The notes under the pieces were generated by a model that saw only the letters and a list, made by a program, of their open reading frames with translations, searched no databases and was not told the DNA's origin. DNA of 64,000 nt, from positions 2,885-66,884 of IMG/VR virus record IMGVR_UViG_3300037485_001992. One strand, given 5' to 3'. The position numbers were made by a program, and so were the translations under genes. Shown here piece after piece: positions 16,975-27,402 of this stretch. Each line of letters begins with the position of its first letter. The stretch's first letter is position 1. The stretch comes from a virus.

Positions 16975-17696
16975 GAGTTGGCGTGTTACCAATGAATCAT
17001 TGCGATACGGGTACTCGCAATTCTTCATCTCTGTCGTTTCGATAATTCTCACGATAGTTTCCTCGACACCGAGCCGCGACTGTTACCAATCGAAGCCACC
17101 ATAATGGGGGCTATTTGCCCCGGGGAGCTAATGGTTTCCCATGCCTGGCGTACATTACTCAGTGAGTTCTTGATGTAGACCGGGTCAAATTCCAAAGCTC
17201 CGCTCCTCGCACGATCTGGGAAAAGGGTGCCATGGCTCTGTGAAGCCTGTCAAGCGTGTGACCACCCAAAAGTATTCATCTTCAGATTATGTTCCGAGTT
17301 TCTTATTGACACGCAGGTGCATCCTATGCGAGGGTCCAATTCGTAAGCCGAGGCGCTGTCGATCGATTTGTTGGGAATGGCTTCCTGCAGCAGAACGATC
17401 CCTCGACTGATTGAAGTACCCGTTGACCCAATGTTTCACCAAGGCACTCACCATGGAATCCCAATCCCGCCTTGTGAGATGTTCAGTCCTATCGGGTGTT
17501 GCGAAGGGTAGCTCCCTTCCGCAACAGAGCCGCTTCTCTCGATGCTCCGGCAGGGACAGCAGTAACCCATGAAGCAAGAATCGCCCTTATCTGCCGTGTG
17601 TCGACCGGAGATAAGGGCTTCTTGGTTGAAGGGCGGAAACGCTAAACTTCATCGCTATGTGGCCCTGATTCATCCTTGAGTCAGGGCTCTTTTGTT
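16975..17696 (+). ncRNA. Candidate large structured ncRNA (~720 nt), family unknown; 5' end approximate
   Basis: About 15 consecutive stems with G-U pairs that work only on +, a GAAA tetraloop, a terminal terminator and no + strand ORF of 60 aa or more. Confidence 0.65.
17662..17696 (+). terminator. Rho-independent terminator
   Basis: GCCCTGATTC-ATCCTT-GAGTCAGGGC followed by TCTTTTGTT; it could also act on the converging late transcript. Confidence 0.7.
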
Positions 17697-17709
17697 ATAG
17701 GGGGATCAC

Positions 17710-20700
17710 CTACTCTGGCGTAGGTTCCTCTGGTGTCTCCTCTTCCGAAGAGTCTGGGGTATAAGCGGGGTCAGGCTTGTACTGACCCACACCCTCCCCA
17801 CCCATGATTGTTGTTTCCAGGTCTTGTTTATGTTGAGCTTCCTTCCGCCTTGCTTCTCTCATTTGGTAGAGGAAGGAGAGAGGGATAGCTTTCTCTTTGG
17901 CGAGATACTCAAGCATATTATCAGGGGTGAAGTCATAGAGGGTTTCGTGAAGTTCCTTCCTTGGAGTGAGGACGGTGAGGAGCTTGAACATGCTGGCCAT
18001 GAAGGAGTTTTCCTCTCCCGCGAGAGGCATTCCTTCTGGCGCCGTCTTGAGATTGAGTTGGTCTTTCTCAGCCATGCCTTGGAGTTCTTGGAGGATGTGT
18101 GGATTGCCTCCATCCAAATAGGCATAGCCAAGCTTCCCAGGAGAGTAGACAAAGTCGCGAAGAAGTGGACCAAGGATGTTTGGTGTCGTTTGCACCGCGA
18201 GGTCAATGATTCTCATCCAATCGTCGTGGAGCTTCGCGTTGAGCGCGGCTGTGTCCGCCGTTCCGTCACCCGTCGCTGTTGCTAGGGATTTCACGAGACT
18301 CGCAGTCCGCCAGAACAAATCGAGAAGAATCGCATTCTGCATTGACCCGACCTTGAGGGAGGGTTCCATCTGGTTTTTCGCTTCTTGCTTCGGGTCCTGT
18401 CCAACGATGGACTGGAAGCCAGCCAGAGGAATCATCTTTGTTAGGCTAGTCATACCAGTGGTCTTGCTTGCAGCCAGCCAGAACGAGGATAGTCCATACA
18501 GACCTGCTATCGTGGCCACAGCCACGCCAACGTGGCCCGCGTCCCGTCCCCGTTCCGTCACCAGCGTATGGCCTGCTGCCAGCAGGCGATAGAGCCCTCC
18601 TGTGAGCGGGTTGAAGAACTGGGCGGTACTTGGCAGCATCCGGTCGATGATTCGCACCATGGCGGGCACGTTGCCTGGGTCGTAGCGGGTCAGGGACTGG
18701 TGGCAGAAGGCCGTCGCGAACCGTTCGTATGCCGCTGTGCCCTCCGTTCCCAATTCCTTTACCAATGACATGGCTATCTGGGCAGTGTCTACCCTAGACC
18801 CCGTCACTCCTGCAAGCGGTTTCTCCAAGGCCGCAGCGGCAGCGCGGAACATTGCCCCCTCGCCTTGATCCGAAACAGACCTGGCCGCAGCCCCTGCCGT
18901 CTCCCAAATGTTCGCTGCCTGGCCCAGTACGATGCGATACGTGGTTGAGTCAGCGTTTTCCTTTATTGACCCTTGGATGTGCTCGAAAATAGGGTCAGCG
19001 AGTCCCGCAAATCCTGCGTGAGTTTTCTTCCAAAGAGGTGAGACGTCCCAATTGATTCTCCCCAGTTTCGACTGCATCTTTGCTGATAGTGTGGGGTTGA
19101 GCCCAGCAATGAGTTGTGCGTTTATTTCCGCATACTTTGGCGATGGGACGTTGCCTGCGACTGCTGCCGCTTCTACCATGTCTTCGTTGTTCAAAGCTCG
19201 TGCTACCATGCCTTTCATGAATCCTGGCACACTGCGGACAAGCGTCTTGAAAGCGTTAGTGGCTTGGAAGGGATTCAACGCCTGCATCTGCGCGTTCTGT
19301 CCAAAGTTCTGTGCAGCTTGCCCAAGACTCACAAGCAAATAGTTTGCTTGGATGAGAGGTGACAAGACCTTCGCGTGCTTAAATCCTGGTAGCTTATTAA
19401 AGACGTACTCAAGTGCACGTCTGGTATCGGGTCCACTGGTAGAAAGTCCCCCGAGAAAGGAGCGCGTTAAAACTGTAGCGAAGGCTCCGCAACCCGCGTT
19501 TTCCATGAGTAACCCCTTCTCCCAGAGCCGTCTGCGGGGTTCGCGCGAGTGCAAATCTTGGAAGAGCTTGTGGGTCGCAGAGTGGAACAAATCATCGGGG
19601 TGCATGAGGTCTGCGAGCGAATCATTCACCTGGGCCTTCATGTTCTGGCCCGTTTCATTCGTCCTGACTTGGCGACCAAACATAGTGTCCATCGAGCTAA
19701 GTGATTCCATATTTGACGTGTCGTATGTCACTCTGCTCGTTATTGAGGCATTCGTCTCCAGTCGGGCGGGCTGGTACTCAAGCACCGCCACCCGCGTCCC
19801 GTCCCGCGCGTTGAGTCTGCTGTTGTCGAGGTTCCACTCATTGACTTTCAATTCATCGTGCTTCTGCCAGAGTTGGATATATTTTATTCCCATCTCGTGT
19901 GACTCTGAGTCCAAACCTTGAACTCTCCAGTAACGTTTCAATGAGTCCGCCATGTCGATTGCTTGGTTGTCAATCTCCCGAGATTTAACACCACCCTTCC
20001 ACTCTTCCATGATGCGTGTGAGCGACTCATCGGTCTGACCTTGCGCCACCCACTTGCGAAACACCATTCCAAGTTCTGTCTCGACACCCTTCTGGACGAG
20101 GCGACCCTTAATCCCACGAAGTCCAATGATGCTCTTCTGAGCCATCTCTATAAATGGTTTGTGACCTTGGAAGTCGATGTAAGACTTGCTTCCCACTTTC
20201 AGTGCATCTCGTTCATCAAAGAAGCCCATCACAAGCTTATCAGCCCGCGCTTTTCCAATCATCTTCCCCTGCGCCATACGAGACACATCTGCAGCCACCG
20301 CATAGCCAGTCTCTTTCGAAATGACTGTTGCCATGACCTCTTGGTTTGCGATATTAGAGAAGAACTCCAAGTACCTTGGGCTAGCTGAACCTTTCCTGTA
20401 GTATTTCGCAAGCTGCATGGCTGCGCCTAAATACCCAGACTTATCGAAGTCATTCGAAGGGGTGAGAAACCAAGACGCTACAACTGAAACGTTCAAGTCA
20501 TTTTTGTCTTTACCCAGCACGTCAGAGAAGACGTTCTTCAGTTCGTCCATCACGAGTGGTGTCGTGTTCTTAATGAGACCAAAGACGTTTTCTGCCTCCT
20601 CAGCCCGTGTCACGATCCAAGTTGGGTCCTTCGCCAGACGGTATCTTTGCACCATGCTACCAGTCATAAACTCAACAAGGTTCTTCGTGTCCTTCTTCGA

Positions 20701-23700
20701 TATTACTCCCGTATCTGCGTAGCGTTCAGCAAGGTCATAGAGGGCGTATGCCCGTTTGTCGAGTTCACGCTGCATCCGAGACACCTTGAAAGCTTGCCTC
20801 ATCATCTTCAGGTTTCGGGCAATGCCTGGGACAGACGCCTTGTCAGACTTGATTTGTGAGTCAAGCAAAGCAATGCTCTTCTTCCACATAGCTCCCTCTG
20901 CTGAGAGACCGTAGAGCGTGTCTGCTGCATTCCCCACCCGTGTCACGAAGCGTTTGTAGTCAGCATTGTTAAACCCATTAAACCCGATCACTTCCTTAAC
21001 GAACTTCCTATTTTGCAATAGACGCAAATAGCCAATGGACTCTGGTGAGATTGAGACTGAACCTGTCCGTTCGAGAGAATCTCCAATCTCTTCCGCAATC
21101 ATCCCAACAACGTTTTGGTAGTATTTGCTGTCCGTGAGACCTGGCACCTGGTGCTTACCAACTAGCTCTGCGTTCAAGTCTCCTAGCGCCACGCTTGCAG
21201 CTTTCGATGGTTTATCGTAGAGAGCTTCTTTCTGCAGATTTATGCTTCGACTTTTGACGATACGTTCGTCTATCGCTCCACGCTGGATCAAGGCTTCTTG
21301 CATAGATGCCTTAATCTCCTGACCCTTCCTGGCCGTGTAGCCAACGTCCTCAAGTTGCTTTTGTATCTTTGCTGGAAAAAGTAGCATCTCTGACTTGGCG
21401 ATTGTCCCACCTTTGTTCACTCTGTCAATGATGTCTTGAAGCTGTTGCTTCCTATTTTCTGGGAAGCTAGGGTCTTGGAGATACATTGATAACTTGTCGA
21501 GCTTCGAGGGACGGGGGCGAGCCGCCCCTTCCGGAGTGGGAGAGGTGAGCTTGAGAGATTGATCCAAATCATTACTTGCCCCAGCCATTGACTTGAGTTG
21601 CCTGTCGATGAATTCTGCGTCAAGAGAAGTCTTGAAACGGTATTGGCGCAGCTTTTCCTCCTGCAGCATCTTCGTCATGCGAAGCTCAGCAGAATTCATC
21701 CCAATCACTTTTCTCTTACCCTGCATTGAGGTATAGAGACCAATATCCTCCATAGCCAAGTTTACAATGTTTTTTATCTCTTGTGGTCCACCGACTTTGA
21801 GTAACTTTTCTGCAGATTTGGTCGGGGATATTCCTGCTAGTTCTGTGTCGAACACAGATGTAACGTTAGTCCTACCAAGCTTCTCGACGGCTTGGAAGTG
21901 CTTAGCGAACTCTGGTTTATTCCCTACGAGGTCCATGAGTTCTGCGAGTATCCGTGGGTTTGAAGCGTCTGCAGCTGCAGCAGCGACCTTCAGATAGTCT
22001 TGCATGAAAACACGGTAGGGGAGATTGTCAGAGCCTGAAGTGAAGAGGCCCTCCATGGTATCAGCGAGGAACTCTCCACCCGCAAGTTTGAAGCCTTTGA
22101 CCTCTTCGCCACGAAGCACGCGAATGAGGGATTCCGTGTCATTCAAAACGTGGTTTGGGATTTGCGGAAGTTGCTGAGATAAGTTAGACGATGCCTCAAT
22201 CTTATTCTTCAACATTGTGTACTGGGAGCTATCACCTTGGTTCTTGAGTTTCTTTTGGTCCGCCGAGGAGCGAGAGACCTGGTCGTCAAGAAGCTTCTGC
22301 ATCATCTGCTTGTTTGTGCGACCCACAGGAGTGATGCCATCTGGGTCTCCACCCGTGGATAACATATCGAGATACCCACGCAGCTTCGGGCTCTTTGAGC
22401 CTTCCTCCAGCAGCATCTCCATGGCCTCAGGAGGGAGTTGACCAGCCTTGATTTTTGTCTGAGTTTCAGAAACCATCTTACGAAGTTCCAAACCATTGAT
22501 GGTATTCTGTCTGAACTCTTCGTAAGGAACACCTTCTGGCAGATGGGTATCGACGTACTTCTTCACGAAGGAAGGAAGCTTGTCATACTCAGGTGTGCGG
22601 AGGATGGCCTTCATTGGGTCACGCGCGCGGTAGATTGCTGCCATGGCAGGTTCAACGAGAGCGAAGGTACCACCAAGCGCCACTCCGCCCACGAATGCCT
22701 CTCGCTCCGTCCCCTCGGGGGCGCCCACCGCTCCAAGGACCGCAGGGGTCAGAACCTTCGTCGCTGCCTTCCCCGAGATGGCGAGTCCCTTCGCAAGAGC
22801 CGGGGAGGTCTTCTCCAGTTCCGCAAGCTTCAAAGTTAACTTAGGTGATACTCTTGTAACACCTTGGACCGCTCCCTCAATGACTTGTCCAGGTTTGCCA
22901 AGGGCCTCAAGAACCTTGCCCGTTTTAGACGCAAGGCTCGTCGCTTTGGCCCCGGCGCTTAGGCCCTTACCCAGCATCTTCAACGAGCCGCCTGCCGGGA
23001 CGAACATGGAGGCGATGCTCTGCCAGTTTTCCATCGCCTGGGATTCGACCTGGCCCTTTTGGGAGTCGAGGATTGCCCTCCACCCCTCGCGTTCAAGCTC
23101 TTGCGCCGAGTCGCCGCGGTGAGCGTCTTTCACCTCAACACCATTGGCGTAGGCCGTGTCGCCGTCCCACACGATGTCGATGGGGATAGGGATGTTCTGG
23201 GTATTCTTGAGGAGATCAAGCTTCTCGTCCGTCGTCATCTTTGTGAGCTTCCACGACGGGAGGTTGAAGGCAGCTTCATCCACCACCCGTGCCACGCGCT
23301 TCGCCATCGCACCAGCGTCTGTGTCATCAGCCATGACTCCACCACGCGCGCCAAGGATATTGCGCCAGACTTCTTTCGAAACGTGTGTGCGCTGTTCTGC
23401 GTAGTTGAGCATGAGTTCGTTTTGCTGATAGCGGGGAAGGTCTGACACGGCCACCGCTTCGGGGTCGATGAGGCCGTACTTGTCTATGATGGGCTTAGAA
23501 AGGATGCGCTTCACGTTTTCCGTGACGTCTTTGTCTGTCCCCGAGATGCCCGATTGCTTCTTTCCCTCTGCAAACTGCGTCACGTTTTGGATGATGGAAC
23601 CGAGGAACGTGAGAGGAGAGAAGGCTTCGCTCCTTCCCTCCATCGCCACGTTCACGTCGAGAGGGAAGGAGGATTCAGTCTTCCCCAGACGTGCGAAGGT

Positions 23701-24147
23701 CTTGCCCACTGCGCCAAGGAACGAAGGCTCTGTCCACCCTTCTTTTTGTTTGAAAGCTTCAATCTCTCCGCTCCCCGCGCCACGACTTTCCATCTCTTTG
23801 ACGGCTGCTGCGATGCGCTCGTTTGTGGTGATGCGATTGAGGAGTTCCTTTCGTTTGGCGTCTGCTGCAAGCACATCTTTTTGTAAGTCACCAGCGTGCT
23901 TCTCGTTAATGGCCTTATCTGAAAGCTTCGTTGTGTCGAGTGGCTCTGCAGAATTAGGTTCATAATTGAGAAGTTTCTGAACTTCAGGGCTCGCCGCCGG
24001 CACGGGCTTTTTAGCCGGTGCTGACGGTTCATAATCGAGAAGAGACTGAAGTTCAGGGTCCACAGGTGCAGGAGTTTCTGTTGCGGGTGGCTCATATTTG
24101 AGCAAGTCATTAAGCTCCCCCGGTGAGAGGGACATCTCGTTTGCCAC
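17710..24147 (-). CDS. Very large internal virion/DNA-ejection protein (2145 aa)
   Basis: Size, helical composition and last position in a podovirus-type virion operon; no domain recognised. Confidence 0.65.
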   Translation of the reverse strand: MANEMSLSPGELNDLLKYEPPATETPAPVDPELQSLLDYEPSAPAKKPVPAASPEVQKLLNYEPNSAEPLDTTKLSDKAINEKHAGDLQKDVLAADAKRKELLNRITTNERIAAAVKEMESRGAGSGEIEAFKQKEGWTEPSFLGAVGKTFARLGKTESSFPLDVNVAMEGRSEAFSPLTFLGSIIQNVTQFAEGKKQSGISGTDKDVTENVKRILSKPIIDKYGLIDPEAVAVSDLPRYQQNELMLNYAEQRTHVSKEVWRNILGARGGVMADDTDAGAMAKRVARVVDEAAFNLPSWKLTKMTTDEKLDLLKNTQNIPIPIDIVWDGDTAYANGVEVKDAHRGDSAQELEREGWRAILDSQKGQVESQAMENWQSIASMFVPAGGSLKMLGKGLSAGAKATSLASKTGKVLEALGKPGQVIEGAVQGVTRVSPKLTLKLAELEKTSPALAKGLAISGKAATKVLTPAVLGAVGAPEGTEREAFVGGVALGGTFALVEPAMAAIYRARDPMKAILRTPEYDKLPSFVKKYVDTHLPEGVPYEEFRQNTINGLELRKMVSETQTKIKAGQLPPEAMEMLLEEGSKSPKLRGYLDMLSTGGDPDGITPVGRTNKQMMQKLLDDQVSRSSADQKKLKNQGDSSQYTMLKNKIEASSNLSQQLPQIPNHVLNDTESLIRVLRGEEVKGFKLAGGEFLADTMEGLFTSGSDNLPYRVFMQDYLKVAAAAADASNPRILAELMDLVGNKPEFAKHFQAVEKLGRTNVTSVFDTELAGISPTKSAEKLLKVGGPQEIKNIVNLAMEDIGLYTSMQGKRKVIGMNSAELRMTKMLQEEKLRQYRFKTSLDAEFIDRQLKSMAGASNDLDQSLKLTSPTPEGAARPRPSKLDKLSMYLQDPSFPENRKQQLQDIIDRVNKGGTIAKSEMLLFPAKIQKQLEDVGYTARKGQEIKASMQEALIQRGAIDERIVKSRSINLQKEALYDKPSKAASVALGDLNAELVGKHQVPGLTDSKYYQNVVGMIAEEIGDSLERTGSVSISPESIGYLRLLQNRKFVKEVIGFNGFNNADYKRFVTRVGNAADTLYGLSAEGAMWKKSIALLDSQIKSDKASVPGIARNLKMMRQAFKVSRMQRELDKRAYALYDLAERYADTGVISKKDTKNLVEFMTGSMVQRYRLAKDPTWIVTRAEEAENVFGLIKNTTPLVMDELKNVFSDVLGKDKNDLNVSVVASWFLTPSNDFDKSGYLGAAMQLAKYYRKGSASPRYLEFFSNIANQEVMATVISKETGYAVAADVSRMAQGKMIGKARADKLVMGFFDERDALKVGSKSYIDFQGHKPFIEMAQKSIIGLRGIKGRLVQKGVETELGMVFRKWVAQGQTDESLTRIMEEWKGGVKSREIDNQAIDMADSLKRYWRVQGLDSESHEMGIKYIQLWQKHDELKVNEWNLDNSRLNARDGTRVAVLEYQPARLETNASITSRVTYDTSNMESLSSMDTMFGRQVRTNETGQNMKAQVNDSLADLMHPDDLFHSATHKLFQDLHSREPRRRLWEKGLLMENAGCGAFATVLTRSFLGGLSTSGPDTRRALEYVFNKLPGFKHAKVLSPLIQANYLLVSLGQAAQNFGQNAQMQALNPFQATNAFKTLVRSVPGFMKGMVARALNNEDMVEAAAVAGNVPSPKYAEINAQLIAGLNPTLSAKMQSKLGRINWDVSPLWKKTHAGFAGLADPIFEHIQGSIKENADSTTYRIVLGQAANIWETAGAAARSVSDQGEGAMFRAAAAALEKPLAGVTGSRVDTAQIAMSLVKELGTEGTAAYERFATAFCHQSLTRYDPGNVPAMVRIIDRMLPSTAQFFNPLTGGLYRLLAAGHTLVTERGRDAGHVGVAVATIAGLYGLSSFWLAASKTTGMTSLTKMIPLAGFQSIVGQDPKQEAKNQMEPSLKVGSMQNAILLDLFWRTASLVKSLATATGDGTADTAALNAKLHDDWMRIIDLAVQTTPNILGPLLRDFVYSPGKLGYAYLDGGNPHILQELQGMAEKDQLNLKTAPEGMPLAGEENSFMASMFKLLTVLTPRKELHETLYDFTPDNMLEYLAKEKAIPLSFLYQMREARRKEAQHKQDLETTIMGGEGVGQYKPDPAYTPDSSEEETPEEPTPE

Positions 24148-24148
24148 G

Positions 24149-26287
24149 TTACTTTCCTCCGATTTTCTTCTTCAGGTCTGCAATCTTCTCTCTGATTTGC
24201 GCTTTCACATACGGATGCTTTTCCGTTGCGAGGGCTGCTTCGAGCTTCGCAATCACGTCTTGCGGAGTCTGGGTCGGTGCAGACGTTGGTGCGGGAGCAG
24301 GCGCAGCAGGTGCTGCATCTTGCCTGTTTTGCATTGGCACATCACCACGCGGCCCCTTCTCGACACGCTTCTCCTTGTGGTAGACGGGCCACAGTGCAGA
24401 CCCTGGTGTTCTCGCCATTGTGTCAAGCGTTGCTGAGATGTTCTCAAGCTCTTCGAAAGAGTTGATGTGGGGAAGAGCAGTTTGGAGGTGAGCTGCGAAG
24501 GCAGCATTTGTTCCCTTCATGTCTTTCGGTGCTCCCGATCGCAAGACACCCACTTCGCGAAGGACAGCCTCTTTTGCTTTAGCCAAGTCCCCTCGCTTCT
24601 TCGCTTCTGCGTAGATTGAATTCCCCGTGAGCTTTCCTTGGTACGCTGCCCCGTAGCTTCTTGCAGCTTCGAAACCCTTGCGAAGTCCCGTATCCTCCTC
24701 AGAAGTCGTCGTTCCACCCTCTGGCCCAGCTGCGAGCTTCTTGTCTGCGATTCTCTCTGCGCTTTCCCGACCAAGCCTATTTTGGTCGTTCTGGTTGAGT
24801 CTGGCGAGATTCTTCTCAAGGGCCTCAGCTTGGAGGTCCATCTTCTTGATGCGTTCTGCGTTATCAAGCTTATCAAGCTCGAAACCAATCTTCTCAGGAG
24901 AGATGAAGTCGACACCTTCGGTTCCACCACTTGTTTGAATCTTCTTCGTGAGGTCAAGGATGCGGAAGAGTCTATCCTGACCATCCTTGTTGAGACTCAT
25001 GGCCATGTTGATGGTTTTCTCGCGTCCTGCGAGTTTCAGAGCCTGCTGCTCTTTGATGTCCTTCTCACGCGACGAGATGTCACCCGACTCGGCAGCAAAC
25101 TTCTTTTCGGCATTCTGGGCCTGCATATCTCCAATCCCAGATGGAGCGTACTCATAGTATTTGCCTACGGGAGTTCCCGTCGCGAATCCTGCCACGCCAC
25201 CCGCAATCTTTCCAAGGTTGTTGGCGATGGCGTCGATAAACTTGCTTCGTTCTCCCCTATCAAGTCCTTGTGTGTAGCGAGAAAGAGCGTCACGTTTCTC
25301 TTGCTTCAATGCGTCTTGCTCTGGGGTGTTCTTGCCAATATTCCCGATCTCAGCAAGGTACTCTTGATACCTTCTTTGTGTTTCCTCTTCGCCCGTCTTC
25401 CCTGCAGCTTCTGCCTCTGCGAGCTTTTCTTTGTCGACAATGGGCTCTTGGAGAGAACTGGTCTTCGAGTAACGGCTCTCCCAAGGAATGCCTCGACCCG
25501 TTGGGTCTTTCGCTCCGTCAAGCGCCGGGGGAGGCGCTTCGCCTCTCACCCGGGCAAGAGGGTCCGTCACTTCGACTGTCTTGCTCTGGGCGGATTGAAC
25601 AAGCGATGGGTCTTCTTGCGCTCCATAGTCCGTCTTCTTGAATTTCCCGAGCGGGTCGACAGGCTGCACAGGCGCCTGAGTCTCGATCTGCATGGTAGGC
25701 GTTTCGGGAATCTTGTCCTCAGGCTTCACGCCTTTCATTTCGTCGAAGGTGTTGCCCATTCCGCTCATGTCAAACGCACCAAGGCCAGAAGCTTTGGCTT
25801 CAGGAGGAGCGACAGGTGGCATGGGTTTCTTCTGAGCCATCTTCTTCTTGAGGCGGTTCTGAAGCGGAGCATTCTGCTGCGCCAGCTGCTTGCCTGAGGG
25901 AGCACTTGCTGCGCCCATCCGTGGAGCTTCCATGTCTGGCATAGCCGTGTCACTGCGGAGCGGAACCTTGTGCTCGCCACCAGGCTTGAAGAAGTTTGGC
26001 TCAGTCTTCTCAAACAGGTTTGGAAGCTGGTTCTGCCCTTGCGCGGGAGGGGTGAAAGGCTTTGCTCCATTGCGCGCAAGGATGCTTGCTGTGTCTCGCG
26101 GCCCGGGCTTCCCAGCCCCGTTGGCGCGCAGCACGTCAGCAGTGCTCGTTGCCTCGTAGCGATAGACTGGTGCGCCTTGGAACGTGCCCACAGGCACTGC
26201 TTTGAAGCCTGGCTTGTCCGTTGAAGGAGCCGTCCGCAGCACTCGTTTTCCACTCTCGTCAATCACGTAAAATCTCATGTGTGTCAC
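24149..26287 (-). CDS. Putative internal virion/ejection protein
   Basis: Position; Pro/Ala-rich and coiled-coil with a short Gly-rich hydrophobic segment. Confidence 0.6.
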   Translation of the reverse strand: MTHMRFYVIDESGKRVLRTAPSTDKPGFKAVPVGTFQGAPVYRYEATSTADVLRANGAGKPGPRDTASILARNGAKPFTPPAQGQNQLPNLFEKTEPNFFKPGGEHKVPLRSDTAMPDMEAPRMGAASAPSGKQLAQQNAPLQNRLKKKMAQKKPMPPVAPPEAKASGLGAFDMSGMGNTFDEMKGVKPEDKIPETPTMQIETQAPVQPVDPLGKFKKTDYGAQEDPSLVQSAQSKTVEVTDPLARVRGEAPPPALDGAKDPTGRGIPWESRYSKTSSLQEPIVDKEKLAEAEAAGKTGEEETQRRYQEYLAEIGNIGKNTPEQDALKQEKRDALSRYTQGLDRGERSKFIDAIANNLGKIAGGVAGFATGTPVGKYYEYAPSGIGDMQAQNAEKKFAAESGDISSREKDIKEQQALKLAGREKTINMAMSLNKDGQDRLFRILDLTKKIQTSGGTEGVDFISPEKIGFELDKLDNAERIKKMDLQAEALEKNLARLNQNDQNRLGRESAERIADKKLAAGPEGGTTTSEEDTGLRKGFEAARSYGAAYQGKLTGNSIYAEAKKRGDLAKAKEAVLREVGVLRSGAPKDMKGTNAAFAAHLQTALPHINSFEELENISATLDTMARTPGSALWPVYHKEKRVEKGPRGDVPMQNRQDAAPAAPAPAPTSAPTQTPQDVIAKLEAALATEKHPYVKAQIREKIADLKKKIGGK

Positions 26288-26288
26288 C

Positions 26289-27065
26289 TCAATTCATGAA
26301 CGAGGAAATGGCAGAAGATGCGGTCCCCGCCACACCTGCCGTGATGTCTGCGATAGCCTTTGCGCGAATCTGATCTTTGAGTGCTGCCTTCTGCTCCTCG
26401 AGGAGAGCCTCCATCCGGGCCTTCGCTCCGGCAATGTTTCCCTTCTTGAGCATAACTTCGAACTCCCCCATCGACCTTTGAAGAGCTTCGTCAGCTGCGT
26501 ATTTTCGTTTGATGGCGCGCTGCTCAAGGTCGATTTGAAGGCGCTGCAAGTCCGCAGCTGATTCTCGTCCCGCCGCAAAATCCTCTTTGAGCTTTGCGAG
26601 AGAGTAGTCAGCAAGCGCAGAGTTCTCGTGAAAGATGAGTTCGCGCGCCGTCATGCCTTCGCTAAATGCCTTGTCAGCCACCGCCCGCGCCAGGCGCTGG
26701 GTGTTGGATTCAAGGCCCCGCTGCGTGTTGCCCACGGCTTGCTCACTCCTGGCACTCGCAATGGCTTGCTCCATCCCTGCGCCCGTGACGTCTTGCTGGT
26801 CGCGCGCCTGGGCTTGCTCTCCAAGCTGTGTCATGGCTGCAGGTGCAGCTTGCTGAATGATACCAAGACTCCCGAGCCCCTGCAGCTGCGGAGAGCCACG
26901 CACGGTCTGAGCTTGCTGCCCCGTTGCTGCCATCGTCTGCCGCTTCGACTCGTCACGGTCTGCTTTCTGTTGCTCAGTGAGCATAGGGTCTTGGTTGAGG
27001 AAATCTCCAAGCACCCTCTTTCGACTCGCCACCCTTTCCTCTGGGGTGATGTAAGAATCAACCAT
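26289..27065 (-). CDS. Putative ejection protein
   Basis: Ala/Gln-rich helical protein with Gly/Ala C-terminal segment. Confidence 0.6.
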   Translation of the reverse strand: MVDSYITPEERVASRKRVLGDFLNQDPMLTEQQKADRDESKRQTMAATGQQAQTVRGSPQLQGLGSLGIIQQAAPAAMTQLGEQAQARDQQDVTGAGMEQAIASARSEQAVGNTQRGLESNTQRLARAVADKAFSEGMTARELIFHENSALADYSLAKLKEDFAAGRESAADLQRLQIDLEQRAIKRKYAADEALQRSMGEFEVMLKKGNIAGAKARMEALLEEQKAALKDQIRAKAIADITAGVAGTASSAISSFMN

Positions 27066-27402
27066 AAATCAGTTCACCCCTCTGCTTCGCTTGTGCGTTG
27101 TCGAAGCGCCTGGTTCTCCCGCGCAGGCTTTGCTGAAAGCGTTTTTGCGGGATCATCTCGGGGGAGATTTCTTGCACAGGAGCATTCACGCTTCGTGGCA
27201 GAGCTTCATCGAGAGGTGGATTTTCGTAAGCTTGCTGGTCGAAACCAGGAAGCATATTCGCGTTCACCTGTGGCTCATTTGCTTGTGGCTGAGGAGAAAA
27301 TTGTTGGTCGAGAGGCGACACAATCTGCTCCTGGCTCCAAGCCTTGTCATACGCTTCTGGGTTCTTCATCTTCTTCATAATTGCCATCAATCTTGCTCTC
27401 AT
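27058..27402 (-). CDS. Hypothetical Gln/Pro-rich protein
   Basis: ATGA-coupled start MRARLM at 27402. Confidence 0.6.
   Translation of the reverse strand: MRARLMAIMKKMKNPEAYDKAWSQEQIVSPLDQQFSPQPQANEPQVNANMLPGFDQQAYENPPLDEALPRSVNAPVQEISPEMIPQKRFQQSLRGRTRRFDNAQAKQRGELIYG

Noticed and set aside
17287-17577. 96-aa minus-strand ORF in the gap
   Set aside because: No convincing SD or protein features; the pairing pattern favours a + strand RNA.
17627-17651. Group II intron domain V
   Set aside because: The GAAA hairpin is too short, lacks the AGC/CGC triad context and interrupts no gene.
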